Shown: positions 48,841 to 57,324 of the stretch, one piece after another
Layout: every line of letters starts with the position of its first letter
Numbering within the stretch: position 1 is the stretch's first letter
NCBI GenBank assembly: GCA_052387815.1
Contig: JBQTIU010000022.1
Location: 104,913 to 168,912 of the forward strand
Reading direction: 5' to 3'
Origin: Pseudomonadota bacterium
GTDB lineage: Bacteria; Pseudomonadota; Alphaproteobacteria; CACIAM-22H2
Length of the DNA stretch: 64,000 bases
Translations under genes and position numbers: made by a program
Notes under the pieces: generated by a model
The model's input: only the letters and a program-made list of their open reading frames with translations
Databases searched by the model: none
What the model was told of the DNA's origin: nothing

Positions 48841-49021
48841 GGGAATTCCTGGAGTCCGTATGCCCGTTTCGTACTTATTATCAACAATACGGACTTATTG
48901 TCAAGAACAAACTGGTCTTTCCGGTTCGGCGCCATCAACCTCTTGATATGGCTGTTAGATTTATCCACCGGCGGGCCCGATCACGCGGCCGCGCGAACCA
49001 CGCCGGCGACCGCGCGCCGCG

Positions 49022-50353
49022 TTACGGCCCGGCGCCGAGCCGCCGCAGGATCACGGGCGTGAGTGCCGGTCGGTGATCGCCGACCACGACCGCGGCGCGG
49101 ATCGCGGCCGCGGCGCGCTCGGCGTCGGCGCCGTTGCGGGCGTGGACCACGCACAGCGGCGCCGCGCCGACCTCTTCGCCGGGGCCGCGCACGTCCGCGA
49201 GCCCGACCGCGGGATCGATGTCGTCCTCGGCCCGCCGGCGCCCGCCGCCGAGCGCCACAACCACGAGCCCGAGCGCGCGGGCGTCCATGCGCTGGAGGAT
49301 GCCGGCGCGATCCGAGGCGACCGGCAGCCGCACCGGCGCCGCCTCGAGATAGCGGCCAGCGTGCTCGACGAGATCGGCGGGGCCGCCAAGCGCGGCCACC
49401 ATCCGTGCGAAGCGCTCGGCGGCGTCGCCCGAGGCGAGCGCGCGCTCGACCGCGTGATGCGCGGCGTCGCGATCCGGGGCCACGCGCCCCAGCACCAAAA
49501 GCTCGGTCGCCAGCGCGCGCGTCACCTCGTCGAGCCGGGCCTCGCGCGCAGCGCCCGTCAAGTAGGCGACCGCCTCCTTGACCTCGAGCGCATTGCCAGC
49601 ACTGCGGCCCAGCACCTGGTTCATGTCGGTGAGCAACGCCACGGTGGGTAGCCCGGCGCCGGTCGCCACCTCGACGATGTTCTCGGCCAGCAAAGTTGCG
49701 TCGCCGACCGCCGGTAGGAAGGCGCCCGAGCCGAACTTCACGTCCATCACCAAACCCTTGAGGCCTGCCGCGAGCTTTTTCGACAGGATCGAGGCGGTGA
49801 TCAGCGGCACCGACTCGACGCTCGCGGTCAGGTCGCGGACGGCATAGAGGCGGCGGTCGGCCGGCGCGAGGTTCGGCGTCTGGCCGACGATGGCGCAGCC
49901 GACCTCGCGGACCGCGCGCTGGAAGCGATCGAGGCCGGGCCTGGTGTCGTAGCCAGGGATGCTGGCGAGCTTGTCGAGGGTGCCGCCGGTGTGGCCGAGC
50001 CCGCGACCCGAGATCATCGGCACCGCCCCGCCCGCCGCCGCGACGATCGGGGCGAGCATGAGGCTGACCTTATCCCCCACCCCGCCGGTCGAGTGCTTGT
50101 CGAGCGGGGGCCCCGGCAGGTCCTCTCGCGACCAGTCGAGAACGACGCCCGAGCGGGTCATGGCGCGGGTCAGCGCGACTCCTTCCTCGCGCGTCATGCC
50201 GCGCAAGAAGACCGCCATGGCGAAGGCGGCGATCTGCGCCTTGTTGAGCGACCCGTCCGTGATCCCGCCAACCACGAACTCGATCTCGGCCTCGCTCAAG
50301 CTCGCGCCGTCGCGCTTGCGGCGGATGATCTCCTGGGGCAGGAACGAAGCCAT
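49022..50353 (-). CDS. deoA: thymidine phosphorylase
   Basis: 443 aa; HSTGGVGDK phosphate-binding motif. Confidence 0.9.
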   Translation of the reverse strand: MASFLPQEIIRRKRDGASLSEAEIEFVVGGITDGSLNKAQIAAFAMAVFLRGMTREEGVALTRAMTRSGVVLDWSREDLPGPPLDKHSTGGVGDKVSLMLAPIVAAAGGAVPMISGRGLGHTGGTLDKLASIPGYDTRPGLDRFQRAVREVGCAIVGQTPNLAPADRRLYAVRDLTASVESVPLITASILSKKLAAGLKGLVMDVKFGSGAFLPAVGDATLLAENIVEVATGAGLPTVALLTDMNQVLGRSAGNALEVKEAVAYLTGAAREARLDEVTRALATELLVLGRVAPDRDAAHHAVERALASGDAAERFARMVAALGGPADLVEHAGRYLEAAPVRLPVASDRAGILQRMDARALGLVVVALGGGRRRAEDDIDPAVGLADVRGPGEEVGAAPLCVVHARNGADAERAAAAIRAAVVVGDHRPALTPVILRRLGAGP

Positions 50354-50377
50354 GTCACGCCCGCGGGGTGAGCGCGA

Positions 50378-51160
50378 TCAGTATCGGGAGCGCTCGCCGG
50401 CGCCCGTCCCGTGGCCGAGCCGGCGCAGGAGGTCGTCGAGGAGCCCGCTGGCGCCGATGCGCAACGTGCGCGAGCTCGCCCAGGCGGGCCCCAGGATCGC
50501 ATCCGCGAGTTCGAGATAGGCCCGCGCCTGCTCGAGGGTCTTGACGCCGCCCGCGGCCTTGAAGCCGACCGTCCGGCGCGACCGACGGGCCTCGCGGATC
50601 GCCTCGAGCATGGTGCGCGCCGCCGCCGGCGTGGCGCCCACCGCAACCTTGCCGGTCGAGGTCTTGAGGAAGTCGGCGCCGGCCGATATCGCCTCGCGGC
50701 TCGCCGCGGCGATGAGCTCGGGGCTCTTCAGCACCCCGGTCTCGAGGATGACCTTGAGGGTGGTCCGGGGTCCGGCCGCCGCGCGGACCGCCGCCACCCC
50801 CGCGCGCGCCTGCGCCCGCCGCCCGGCCATGAAGCGGCGATAGGGGAACACCATGTCGATCTCCTCGGCGCCTTCGGCAAGCGCCGCCTTCGCTTCCCTG
50901 GCGGCGGCGGCGGGGCTGGCGTTGCCGGCCGGGAAATCGACCACGGCGGCGACCCGGACCCCGGTGCCTTCGAGCGCCCGGCGGGCCACGCAGGCAAGCC
51001 GCGGGTAGACGCACACCGCGGCCACCTTGCCCGCCGGCGTGAGCGCGCGCTTGCACAGCGCCGCGATCGCCGCCTCGTCGTCGCTGTCGTTGAGGCTCGT
51101 TAGATCGAGCAGCGAGAGCGCCCGACGGGCGTCTCGAGTCTCCTTGCGCTCACTCGGCAT
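50378..51160 (-). CDS. deoC: deoxyribose-phosphate aldolase
   Basis: 260 aa; catalytic Lys in the conserved DFLKTSTGK segment. Confidence 0.85.
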   Translation of the reverse strand: MPSERKETRDARRALSLLDLTSLNDSDDEAAIAALCKRALTPAGKVAAVCVYPRLACVARRALEGTGVRVAAVVDFPAGNASPAAAAREAKAALAEGAEEIDMVFPYRRFMAGRRAQARAGVAAVRAAAGPRTTLKVILETGVLKSPELIAAASREAISAGADFLKTSTGKVAVGATPAAARTMLEAIREARRSRRTVGFKAAGGVKTLEQARAYLELADAILGPAWASSRTLRIGASGLLDDLLRRLGHGTGAGERSRY

Positions 51161-51968
51161 CGCCGAGGCCCTCGAGAAACGCCGTCAACAGCCGGCCGAG
51201 ATCGCCTGCCGCTTGCGCCGCGACCCGCAGGGTCTCGGCGTGGGCGATCGGGCTTGCGTCGAGGCCGGCGGCGAGGTTGGTGATCGTCGAGATGGCGGCG
51301 ACGCGCAGGCCGCAATGGCGGGCGACGATGACTTCGGGCACCGTCGACATGCCCACGGCATCGGCGCCGAGCGCGATGAAGGCGCGGATCTCGGCCGGAG
51401 TCTCGAAGCTCGGGCCGAGACAGCCGAGATAGACGCCCTCGCCGAGCGCGATCCCGAGCGCCGCCGCCTTGGCTTTCAGCAACCGGCGCAGCGCCGGATC
51501 GTAGGCATCGACCAGCGACGGGAAGCGCGGTCCGAAGGCCTCGTCGTTGGGCCCGGCCAGGGGATTGCCGGGAAAGAAGTTGATGTGGTCGGCGATCGTC
51601 ATCAGCTCGCCGGGGCGCAGGTCGCGCTTGAGCGCGCCGGCGGCGTTGGTCAGGATCACGATCTCGCACCCGATCAACTTCAAGGTGCGGATGAAGGTCT
51701 TGACGGATTCGGGCGCCACACCCTCGTAGGCATGGGCGCGGCCCTTGAGGCAGGCCACGCAAACGCCGCCGAGCCTCCCCAAGACCGCTTGCCCCGGGTG
51801 CCCTTCCACGCGCGCCGTCGGGAATCCAGGGAGATCGCCATAGGCGATGGCGATGGGCGCCTCGATGCGCTCCGCGAGGGCGGACAGGCCCGACCCGAGG
51901 ACGATGCCGACGCGGGGCGCGAACCCGGGCGCCAGACTCGCGATGACCTCGGCCGCCGTCGCCGCCAT
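51150..51968 (-). CDS. punA: purine nucleoside phosphorylase (trimeric PNP-I / PunA-type)
   Basis: 272 aa; GIVLGSGLS phosphate loop and a VGMSTVPEV segment. Confidence 0.85.
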   Translation of the reverse strand: MAATAAEVIASLAPGFAPRVGIVLGSGLSALAERIEAPIAIAYGDLPGFPTARVEGHPGQAVLGRLGGVCVACLKGRAHAYEGVAPESVKTFIRTLKLIGCEIVILTNAAGALKRDLRPGELMTIADHINFFPGNPLAGPNDEAFGPRFPSLVDAYDPALRRLLKAKAAALGIALGEGVYLGCLGPSFETPAEIRAFIALGADAVGMSTVPEVIVARHCGLRVAAISTITNLAAGLDASPIAHAETLRVAAQAAGDLGRLLTAFLEGLGDAE

Positions 51969-52370
51969 CTACCGCCCCAGGTTACGCGGGCCGAAGGACA
52001 GCGGCAGCAATTCGCCGAGGCTCAAGGTGCGCCGCAGTCCCTCGGGACCGCAGATGTGGACCTTCACCTCGGGCGCCGCGAACTCCGACAGGCGCTGGCG
52101 GCAGCCGCCGCAGGGCGTGCACAACTCGGGCCCGCCGCCCATGATCACGACCTCGACGATCCGGCGGTCGCCGCCGGTCACCATGGCGCCGATCGCGCTC
52201 GCCTCGGCGCATTGGGCTTGCGGGTAGGCAGCGTTCTCGACGTTCGCGCCGGCGTAGAGCCGGCCGCTCGCGGCCTTGACGCACGCCCCCACTCGGAACC
52301 CCGAGTACGGTGCATGGGCGTTGTCCATCGCCGCCCGCGCCAGCGTGATCATGTCGTCGGGCACGCTCAT
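51969..52370 (-). CDS. cdd: cytidine deaminase
   Basis: 133 aa; CAEASAI and PCGGCRQ zinc-binding motifs; the N-terminal part of the long six-frame ORF is an artefact. Confidence 0.85.
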   Translation of the reverse strand: MSVPDDMITLARAAMDNAHAPYSGFRVGACVKAASGRLYAGANVENAAYPQAQCAEASAIGAMVTGGDRRIVEVVIMGGGPELCTPCGGCRQRLSEFAAPEVKVHICGPEGLRRTLSLGELLPLSFGPRNLGR

Positions 52371-53341
52371 CGCTCTTTCACATAGGGGACGCCGATCGCC
52401 TTGGGCGCCACCGCCTTGCCGACGAAGCCGGCAAGCAGCAACACGGTCAAGAGGTATGGGAGCGCCTGGATGAACTGCACCGGGATCACCCCGACGAGGG
52501 GGAGGGCGACGCCCTGGAGCCGCGCCTGGACGGCATCGGTGAACGCGAACAAGAGGCAGGCGAGAAGGGTCGGCACCGGCCGCCACTTTCCGAAGATGAG
52601 GGCGGCGAGGGCGAGGTAGCCCTTGCCCGCCGACATGTCGCGGATGAACAAGGCGTTGTGCGCGGTCGACAGGTATGCCCCGGCGATCCCGCACAGCATG
52701 CCGTTGACCAGCAGCGCACGGTAGCGCATCGCGGCGACCGAGATCCCGGCAGTATCGACGGCGCTGGGGTTCTCGCCCACGGCGCGCAGGCGCAGGCCGA
52801 ACCGGGTGCGGTAGACGACGAAGGCGACGGCCGGCACCGCGATCGCGGCGATGTAGACAAGCGCGTTGTGGCCGCTGATGATCTCGGAATAGAGCGCGCC
52901 CACTACGGGCACGTCGGCGAGGGCTTCGGCGAACGGCAGGTCGATGCTGGAAAAACGCGCCCCCTCGCGCAGCTGCGGGGTCTGGCCGCCCTGGCGGAAC
53001 CAGGCAACCCCCAGGACCGGCGTCAAGCCCGCCGCCGTGATATTGAGCGCCATGCCGGAGACCACCTGGTTGCCGTGGTGGGTCACGCACGCATAGGCGT
53101 GCACGAGCGACAGGCTCATGGCGGCGAGAATGCCGAAGCCGAGGCCGATCCAGGCCGAGCCGTAGACCGCGGCGGCGGCGGCGGCGAAAAACGCGGCGGC
53201 CAGCATCTTGCCCTCGAGCCCGATGTCGACGACACCCGAGCGCTCGGCGAACAGGCCGCCCAGGGCCGCCAGCACGAGCGGGGTCGCGACCCTGAGCGTG
53301 GCATCGAGGATGAGCACGAAGAGCAGCAGGAACTCGATCAC
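52367..53341 (-). CDS. ABC transporter permease, nucleoside/Bmp-type (YufQ/NupQ-like)
   Basis: 324 aa polytopic protein; ATGA overlap with cdd. Confidence 0.85.
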   Translation of the reverse strand: MIEFLLLFVLILDATLRVATPLVLAALGGLFAERSGVVDIGLEGKMLAAAFFAAAAAAVYGSAWIGLGFGILAAMSLSLVHAYACVTHHGNQVVSGMALNITAAGLTPVLGVAWFRQGGQTPQLREGARFSSIDLPFAEALADVPVVGALYSEIISGHNALVYIAAIAVPAVAFVVYRTRFGLRLRAVGENPSAVDTAGISVAAMRYRALLVNGMLCGIAGAYLSTAHNALFIRDMSAGKGYLALAALIFGKWRPVPTLLACLLFAFTDAVQARLQGVALPLVGVIPVQFIQALPYLLTVLLLAGFVGKAVAPKAIGVPYVKER

Positions 53342-53351
53342 CGCGCCCTCC

Positions 53352-54473
53352 TCACGGCACCGCCTCGGCCGGCGCGCGCCGGCCCCGGAACAGGGACGCG
53401 ACCGCCGGCCGGAAGATGTTCTCGAGCGCCCCGCACAGGAGGATGATCAGGCCCTGGATCACCACCACCATTTCGCGCGTCAGCGTGGGCATCTCCATGG
53501 CCATCTCGGAACCGCCTTGGTAGAGCGCGCCGAACAACAGGGCGGCGAAGAACACGCCCAGCGGATGGTTGCGGCCCATGAGCGCCACGGCGATGCCGAC
53601 ATAGCCGTAGCCGCCGGTGAAGTTGAGGATGAGGCGGTGGTGGACCCCCATGATTTCGTTCAAGCCCACGAAGCCCGCCAGCCCGCCCGAGATCGCCATG
53701 GTGAGGATGATGGTGCGCGAGGGCGAAATGCCGCCATAGACCGCCCCGGTCTCGTTGTGCCCGAGCGCGCGCAGCTCGTAGCCCCAGCGCGTATGCCAGA
53801 TGTAGACCCACACCAGCACGCAGCAGACGACCGCCCACAGGAACGACAGGTTGAGCGGCGAGTGGATCGCCTGGAGGCCGACCCAGTCCAGCAATTCATG
53901 GCCCTTGGGCAGCCAGGTGTCGGGATCGAATTCGCGGCTTTCGGGCGATTGCTGTCCCGGCTTGATCAGCACGTTGACCAGGAGATAGGTCATCACCGCC
54001 GCGGCGAGGAAGTTGAACATGATGGTGGTGATGACGATGTGGCTGCCGCGCTTGGCCTGCAAGTAGGCGGGAATGAACGCCCAGGCGGCACCGAAGGCGG
54101 CGGTGGCGGAAATGGCCAGCGGCAGCAGGATCGCGAACGGGGTGCCGGCGGCGGCAAGCGCGAGCAGGCCGACGCCCAGCCCGCCGATATAGGCCTGGCC
54201 CTCGCCGCCGATGTTGAACAGACCGCAATGGAAGGCGATGGCGACGGCCAGCCCGGTGAAGATGAAGTTGGTCGTGTAGTAGAGCGTATAGCCGATCGAC
54301 TCCGGATCGCCGAAGGCGCCGAACAGAAGCGCCGCCATCGCACGCCAGGGATTTTCACCGACCGCCAGGATGATGAGCGCCGAGATGATCAGCGAGACGG
54401 CGAGGTTCAACAGCGGCAGCAGCGCATAATCGGCCCAGCGCGGCATTTGCGCCCCTGCCGCGGGCGCGGTCAT
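53352..54473 (-). CDS. ABC transporter permease, nucleoside/Bmp-type (YufP/NupP-like)
   Basis: Start at MTAPAAG (54473) overlapping the ATPase stop; the upstream part of the 567-aa ORF is R/G-rich artefact. Confidence 0.85.
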   Translation of the reverse strand: MTAPAAGAQMPRWADYALLPLLNLAVSLIISALIILAVGENPWRAMAALLFGAFGDPESIGYTLYYTTNFIFTGLAVAIAFHCGLFNIGGEGQAYIGGLGVGLLALAAAGTPFAILLPLAISATAAFGAAWAFIPAYLQAKRGSHIVITTIMFNFLAAAVMTYLLVNVLIKPGQQSPESREFDPDTWLPKGHELLDWVGLQAIHSPLNLSFLWAVVCCVLVWVYIWHTRWGYELRALGHNETGAVYGGISPSRTIILTMAISGGLAGFVGLNEIMGVHHRLILNFTGGYGYVGIAVALMGRNHPLGVFFAALLFGALYQGGSEMAMEMPTLTREMVVVIQGLIILLCGALENIFRPAVASLFRGRRAPAEAVP

Positions 54474-56095
54474 GCCGCGTGCGCCTCGATGCCGGCCATC
54501 ATCAAGCCGAGCGCCCGCTCGCTCGCCTCGGCGCGCGCGATCTCGCCGACGATGCGGCCGTCGAACATGACGAGGATGCGGTCGGACAGCGACATGATCT
54601 CGTCGAGCTCGACCGAAACGAGCAGGATGCCTTTGCCGGCGTCGCGCATGGCGACCAGGCGCCGGTGGATGAACTCGATGGCGCCAATGTCGATGCCGCG
54701 CGTCGGCTGGCCGACCAGCAGCAGCTCGGGGTTGCGGCCCAGCTCGCGCGCCAGCACGATCTTCTGCTGGTTGCCGCCCGAAAACGCCGCGGTGACAAGG
54801 CCGGGATCGGGCGGACGGACGTCGTACTCCGTCATCTGGCGGCCGCACGCGGCGACGACCGCCGCGCGGTCCATCAGCACCGCCCGGTTGTAGCCGGCAT
54901 CGCCGTGGTAGCCCAGGATGGCGCTTTCGCTGGCCACGAAGGGGACGATCAGGCCCATGCGCTGGCGGTCCTCGGGGACGTGCGCGAGGCCGAGCCGGCG
55001 CAGGCCCTTGCCCGCCAGCGCCGCCGGCTCGCGGGCGATGTCGCGGCCCTTCCACCGGATCCGCCCGGCGGCAATCGGCCGCATGCCGGCGAGCGCTTCC
55101 AAGAGCTCCGACTGGCCGTTGCCGGCGACGCCGGCCACGCCCACGATCTCGCCGGCGCGCACCTGGAAGCTCACGCGCCTGACCCGCTCGGCCCCGGCCC
55201 CGTCGCGTACCGTGAGGTCCTGGACCTCGAGGATGGTGGCGCCGAGCGTGGTGGGCGCCTTGTCGACGCGCAGCAGGACCTTGCGGCCGACCATCAGCTC
55301 GGCGAGCTGTTCCTGGCTGGTCGCCGCGGTCTCGAGATCGGCCACCACTTGGCCGGCGCGCATGACGGTGACGTTGTCGGTCGCGTCGAGGATTTCGCGC
55401 AGCTTGTGGGTGATGAGGATGACCGTCTTGCCCTCGCGCTTGAGCGCGCGCAGGATGCGGAACAGGTGATCCGCCTCCTGGGGCGTCAGCACGCCGGTCG
55501 GCTCGTCGAGGATCAGGATTTCGGCGCCGCGATAGAGCGCCTTCAGGATCTCGAGGCGCTGCTGCACGCCGACCGGAAGCTCGCCGGCCACGGCGTCGGG
55601 ATCGACCTCGAGGTGGTATTCGCGCTCGAGCCGCAAGAGGGCCGCCCGCGCCTCGGCGAGGCCCTTGCCGAGCAAGGCGCCGCCCTCGACGCCGAGGATG
55701 ACGTTTTCAAGCACGGTGAAATTTTCCACCAGCATGAAGTGCTGGTGCACCATGCCGATCCCGGCCAAGAGCGCGTCCAAGGGCGTCTCGATCGCGATTT
55801 TGCGGCCGTGGACTAGGATCTCGCCGGAATCGGGTTGGTAATAGCCATAGAGGATGCTCATCAGGGTGGATTTTCCCGCCCCGTTCTCGCCGACGATGCC
55901 GTGGATCGTGCCCTTGGCCACGACCAGCGAGACGTCGCGGTTGGCGCGCACCGGGCCGAACCGCTTGTCGATGTGCCGGAGCTCGATGGCGGGCGGGGCA
56001 CCCCGCGAAATGCCGCGTTTCGCGGGGACCCCGGGCGGCGCCCCGCCGCCGGATTCGGGCGAAGGGGCCAAGGCGCCCTCGTCCCGCCCGGCCAT
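54470..56095 (-). CDS. ABC transporter ATP-binding protein with duplicated ATPase domains (nucleoside/sugar type)
   Basis: Two Walker A motifs (GENGAGKST and GVAGNGQSEL) and two signature/Walker B sets; start at Met26 chosen to avoid overlap with the SBP gene. Confidence 0.85.
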   Translation of the reverse strand: MAGRDEGALAPSPESGGGAPPGVPAKRGISRGAPPAIELRHIDKRFGPVRANRDVSLVVAKGTIHGIVGENGAGKSTLMSILYGYYQPDSGEILVHGRKIAIETPLDALLAGIGMVHQHFMLVENFTVLENVILGVEGGALLGKGLAEARAALLRLEREYHLEVDPDAVAGELPVGVQQRLEILKALYRGAEILILDEPTGVLTPQEADHLFRILRALKREGKTVILITHKLREILDATDNVTVMRAGQVVADLETAATSQEQLAELMVGRKVLLRVDKAPTTLGATILEVQDLTVRDGAGAERVRRVSFQVRAGEIVGVAGVAGNGQSELLEALAGMRPIAAGRIRWKGRDIAREPAALAGKGLRRLGLAHVPEDRQRMGLIVPFVASESAILGYHGDAGYNRAVLMDRAAVVAACGRQMTEYDVRPPDPGLVTAAFSGGNQQKIVLARELGRNPELLLVGQPTRGIDIGAIEFIHRRLVAMRDAGKGILLVSVELDEIMSLSDRILVMFDGRIVGEIARAEASERALGLMMAGIEAHAA

Positions 56096-56129
56096 CGCGC
56101 CGCCCGCGCCCCTTGCCCCCGTCGCGCGG

Positions 56130-57113
56130 CTACTTGGCCATGTAGTCGGTGACCTTGATCTTGCCGCCAATGATCTCCGCCTTCGCCTGCTCGAGCCGCC
56201 TTTCCATCTCGGCGGTGATCAGCTTGCGGTTGTGCTCGTCGATGGAATAGCCGACGCCGTTCTCCTTGAGGCCCAGCACCTTGATCCCCGGCTTCAAGGT
56301 GCCCGCCTTCGCGGTCTGGAATGCCTCGTAGACGGCGACATCCACCCGCTTGATCATCGAGGTCAGGACCGACCCTGGCTGGAGATGGTTCTGGTTGGAA
56401 TCGACGCCGATGGCGAGCTTGCCGCGGTCCTTCGCCGCCTGCAGCACGCCCATCCCGGTGCCGCCGGCCGCCGCGTAGACGACGTCGGCGCCGCGGTCGA
56501 ACTGGCTGCGCGCGAGCTCCCCGCCCTTGGTGGGATCGTTCCAGGCCGCGGGCGTGGTGCCGGTCATGTTCTGGAACACCTCGACCCGGGGATTGACGAA
56601 CTTGGCGCCCTCCTCGTAGCCGAGCGCGAACTTGCGGATGAGCGGAATGTCCATGCCGCCGATGAAGCCGACCTTGCCGGTCTTCGACGCCAACGCCGCC
56701 GCCATGCCGACCAGGAACGACCCTTCGTGCTCCTTGAAGATCACCGACTGGACATTGGGCAGGTCGACGACCGCGTCGATGATGGCGAACTTGGCGTCGG
56801 GGAATTCCTTGGCCACTTTCTCGAGGCCGGGGGCCTGCGAGAAGCCGATGGCGATGATCATGTTGGCGCCCCGGCGGGCCAGGTTGCGCAGGGCCTGCTC
56901 GCGCTGCGCTTCGTTGGTGACCTCGAATTCGCGATAGGCGATGCCGGTGTCCTTCTTGAACCGCTCGGCGCCATCATACGCCGATTCGTTGAACGACTTG
57001 TCGAACTTCCCGCCCATGTCGAACAAGAGGGCGGGCACGAGCTCGGCCGCGGTGGCGGGACCGGTCGCGAGGATGGCCGCCGTGGCGAGGGCGGCGAGCA
57101 AACGGGCTTTCAT
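56130..57113 (-). CDS. BMP-family (basic membrane protein) ABC substrate-binding lipoprotein, nucleoside-binding type
   Basis: Signal peptide and Bmp/PnrA-like composition; start at MKARLLAAL (57113). Confidence 0.85.
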   Translation of the reverse strand: MKARLLAALATAAILATGPATAAELVPALLFDMGGKFDKSFNESAYDGAERFKKDTGIAYREFEVTNEAQREQALRNLARRGANMIIAIGFSQAPGLEKVAKEFPDAKFAIIDAVVDLPNVQSVIFKEHEGSFLVGMAAALASKTGKVGFIGGMDIPLIRKFALGYEEGAKFVNPRVEVFQNMTGTTPAAWNDPTKGGELARSQFDRGADVVYAAAGGTGMGVLQAAKDRGKLAIGVDSNQNHLQPGSVLTSMIKRVDVAVYEAFQTAKAGTLKPGIKVLGLKENGVGYSIDEHNRKLITAEMERRLEQAKAEIIGGKIKVTDYMAK

Positions 57114-57324
57114 GGTGTGGCTCCCTGTCGGACGGTTCGCCTCCATCGGCCGAATCGAGGCCGATGGTCGGGCAATGCCCCGTATTCTACATCATCGCCC
57201 GGGACTTGGGAACGTCGGGACCCGGCGGGCGGGCGCCACTCGCATCCCGCCCGCGTATTGCATGGCGCCGCTTGCTGCTATAGCCTTCCCGGCCATAAAG
57301 CCGTTGAACCAGGGAGAGGATGCC

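Noticed and set aside
53352-55055. 567-aa minus-strand ORF
   Set aside because: Only the C-terminal 373 aa are permease. The upstream part overlaps the ATPase gene in another frame and is R/G/P-rich.
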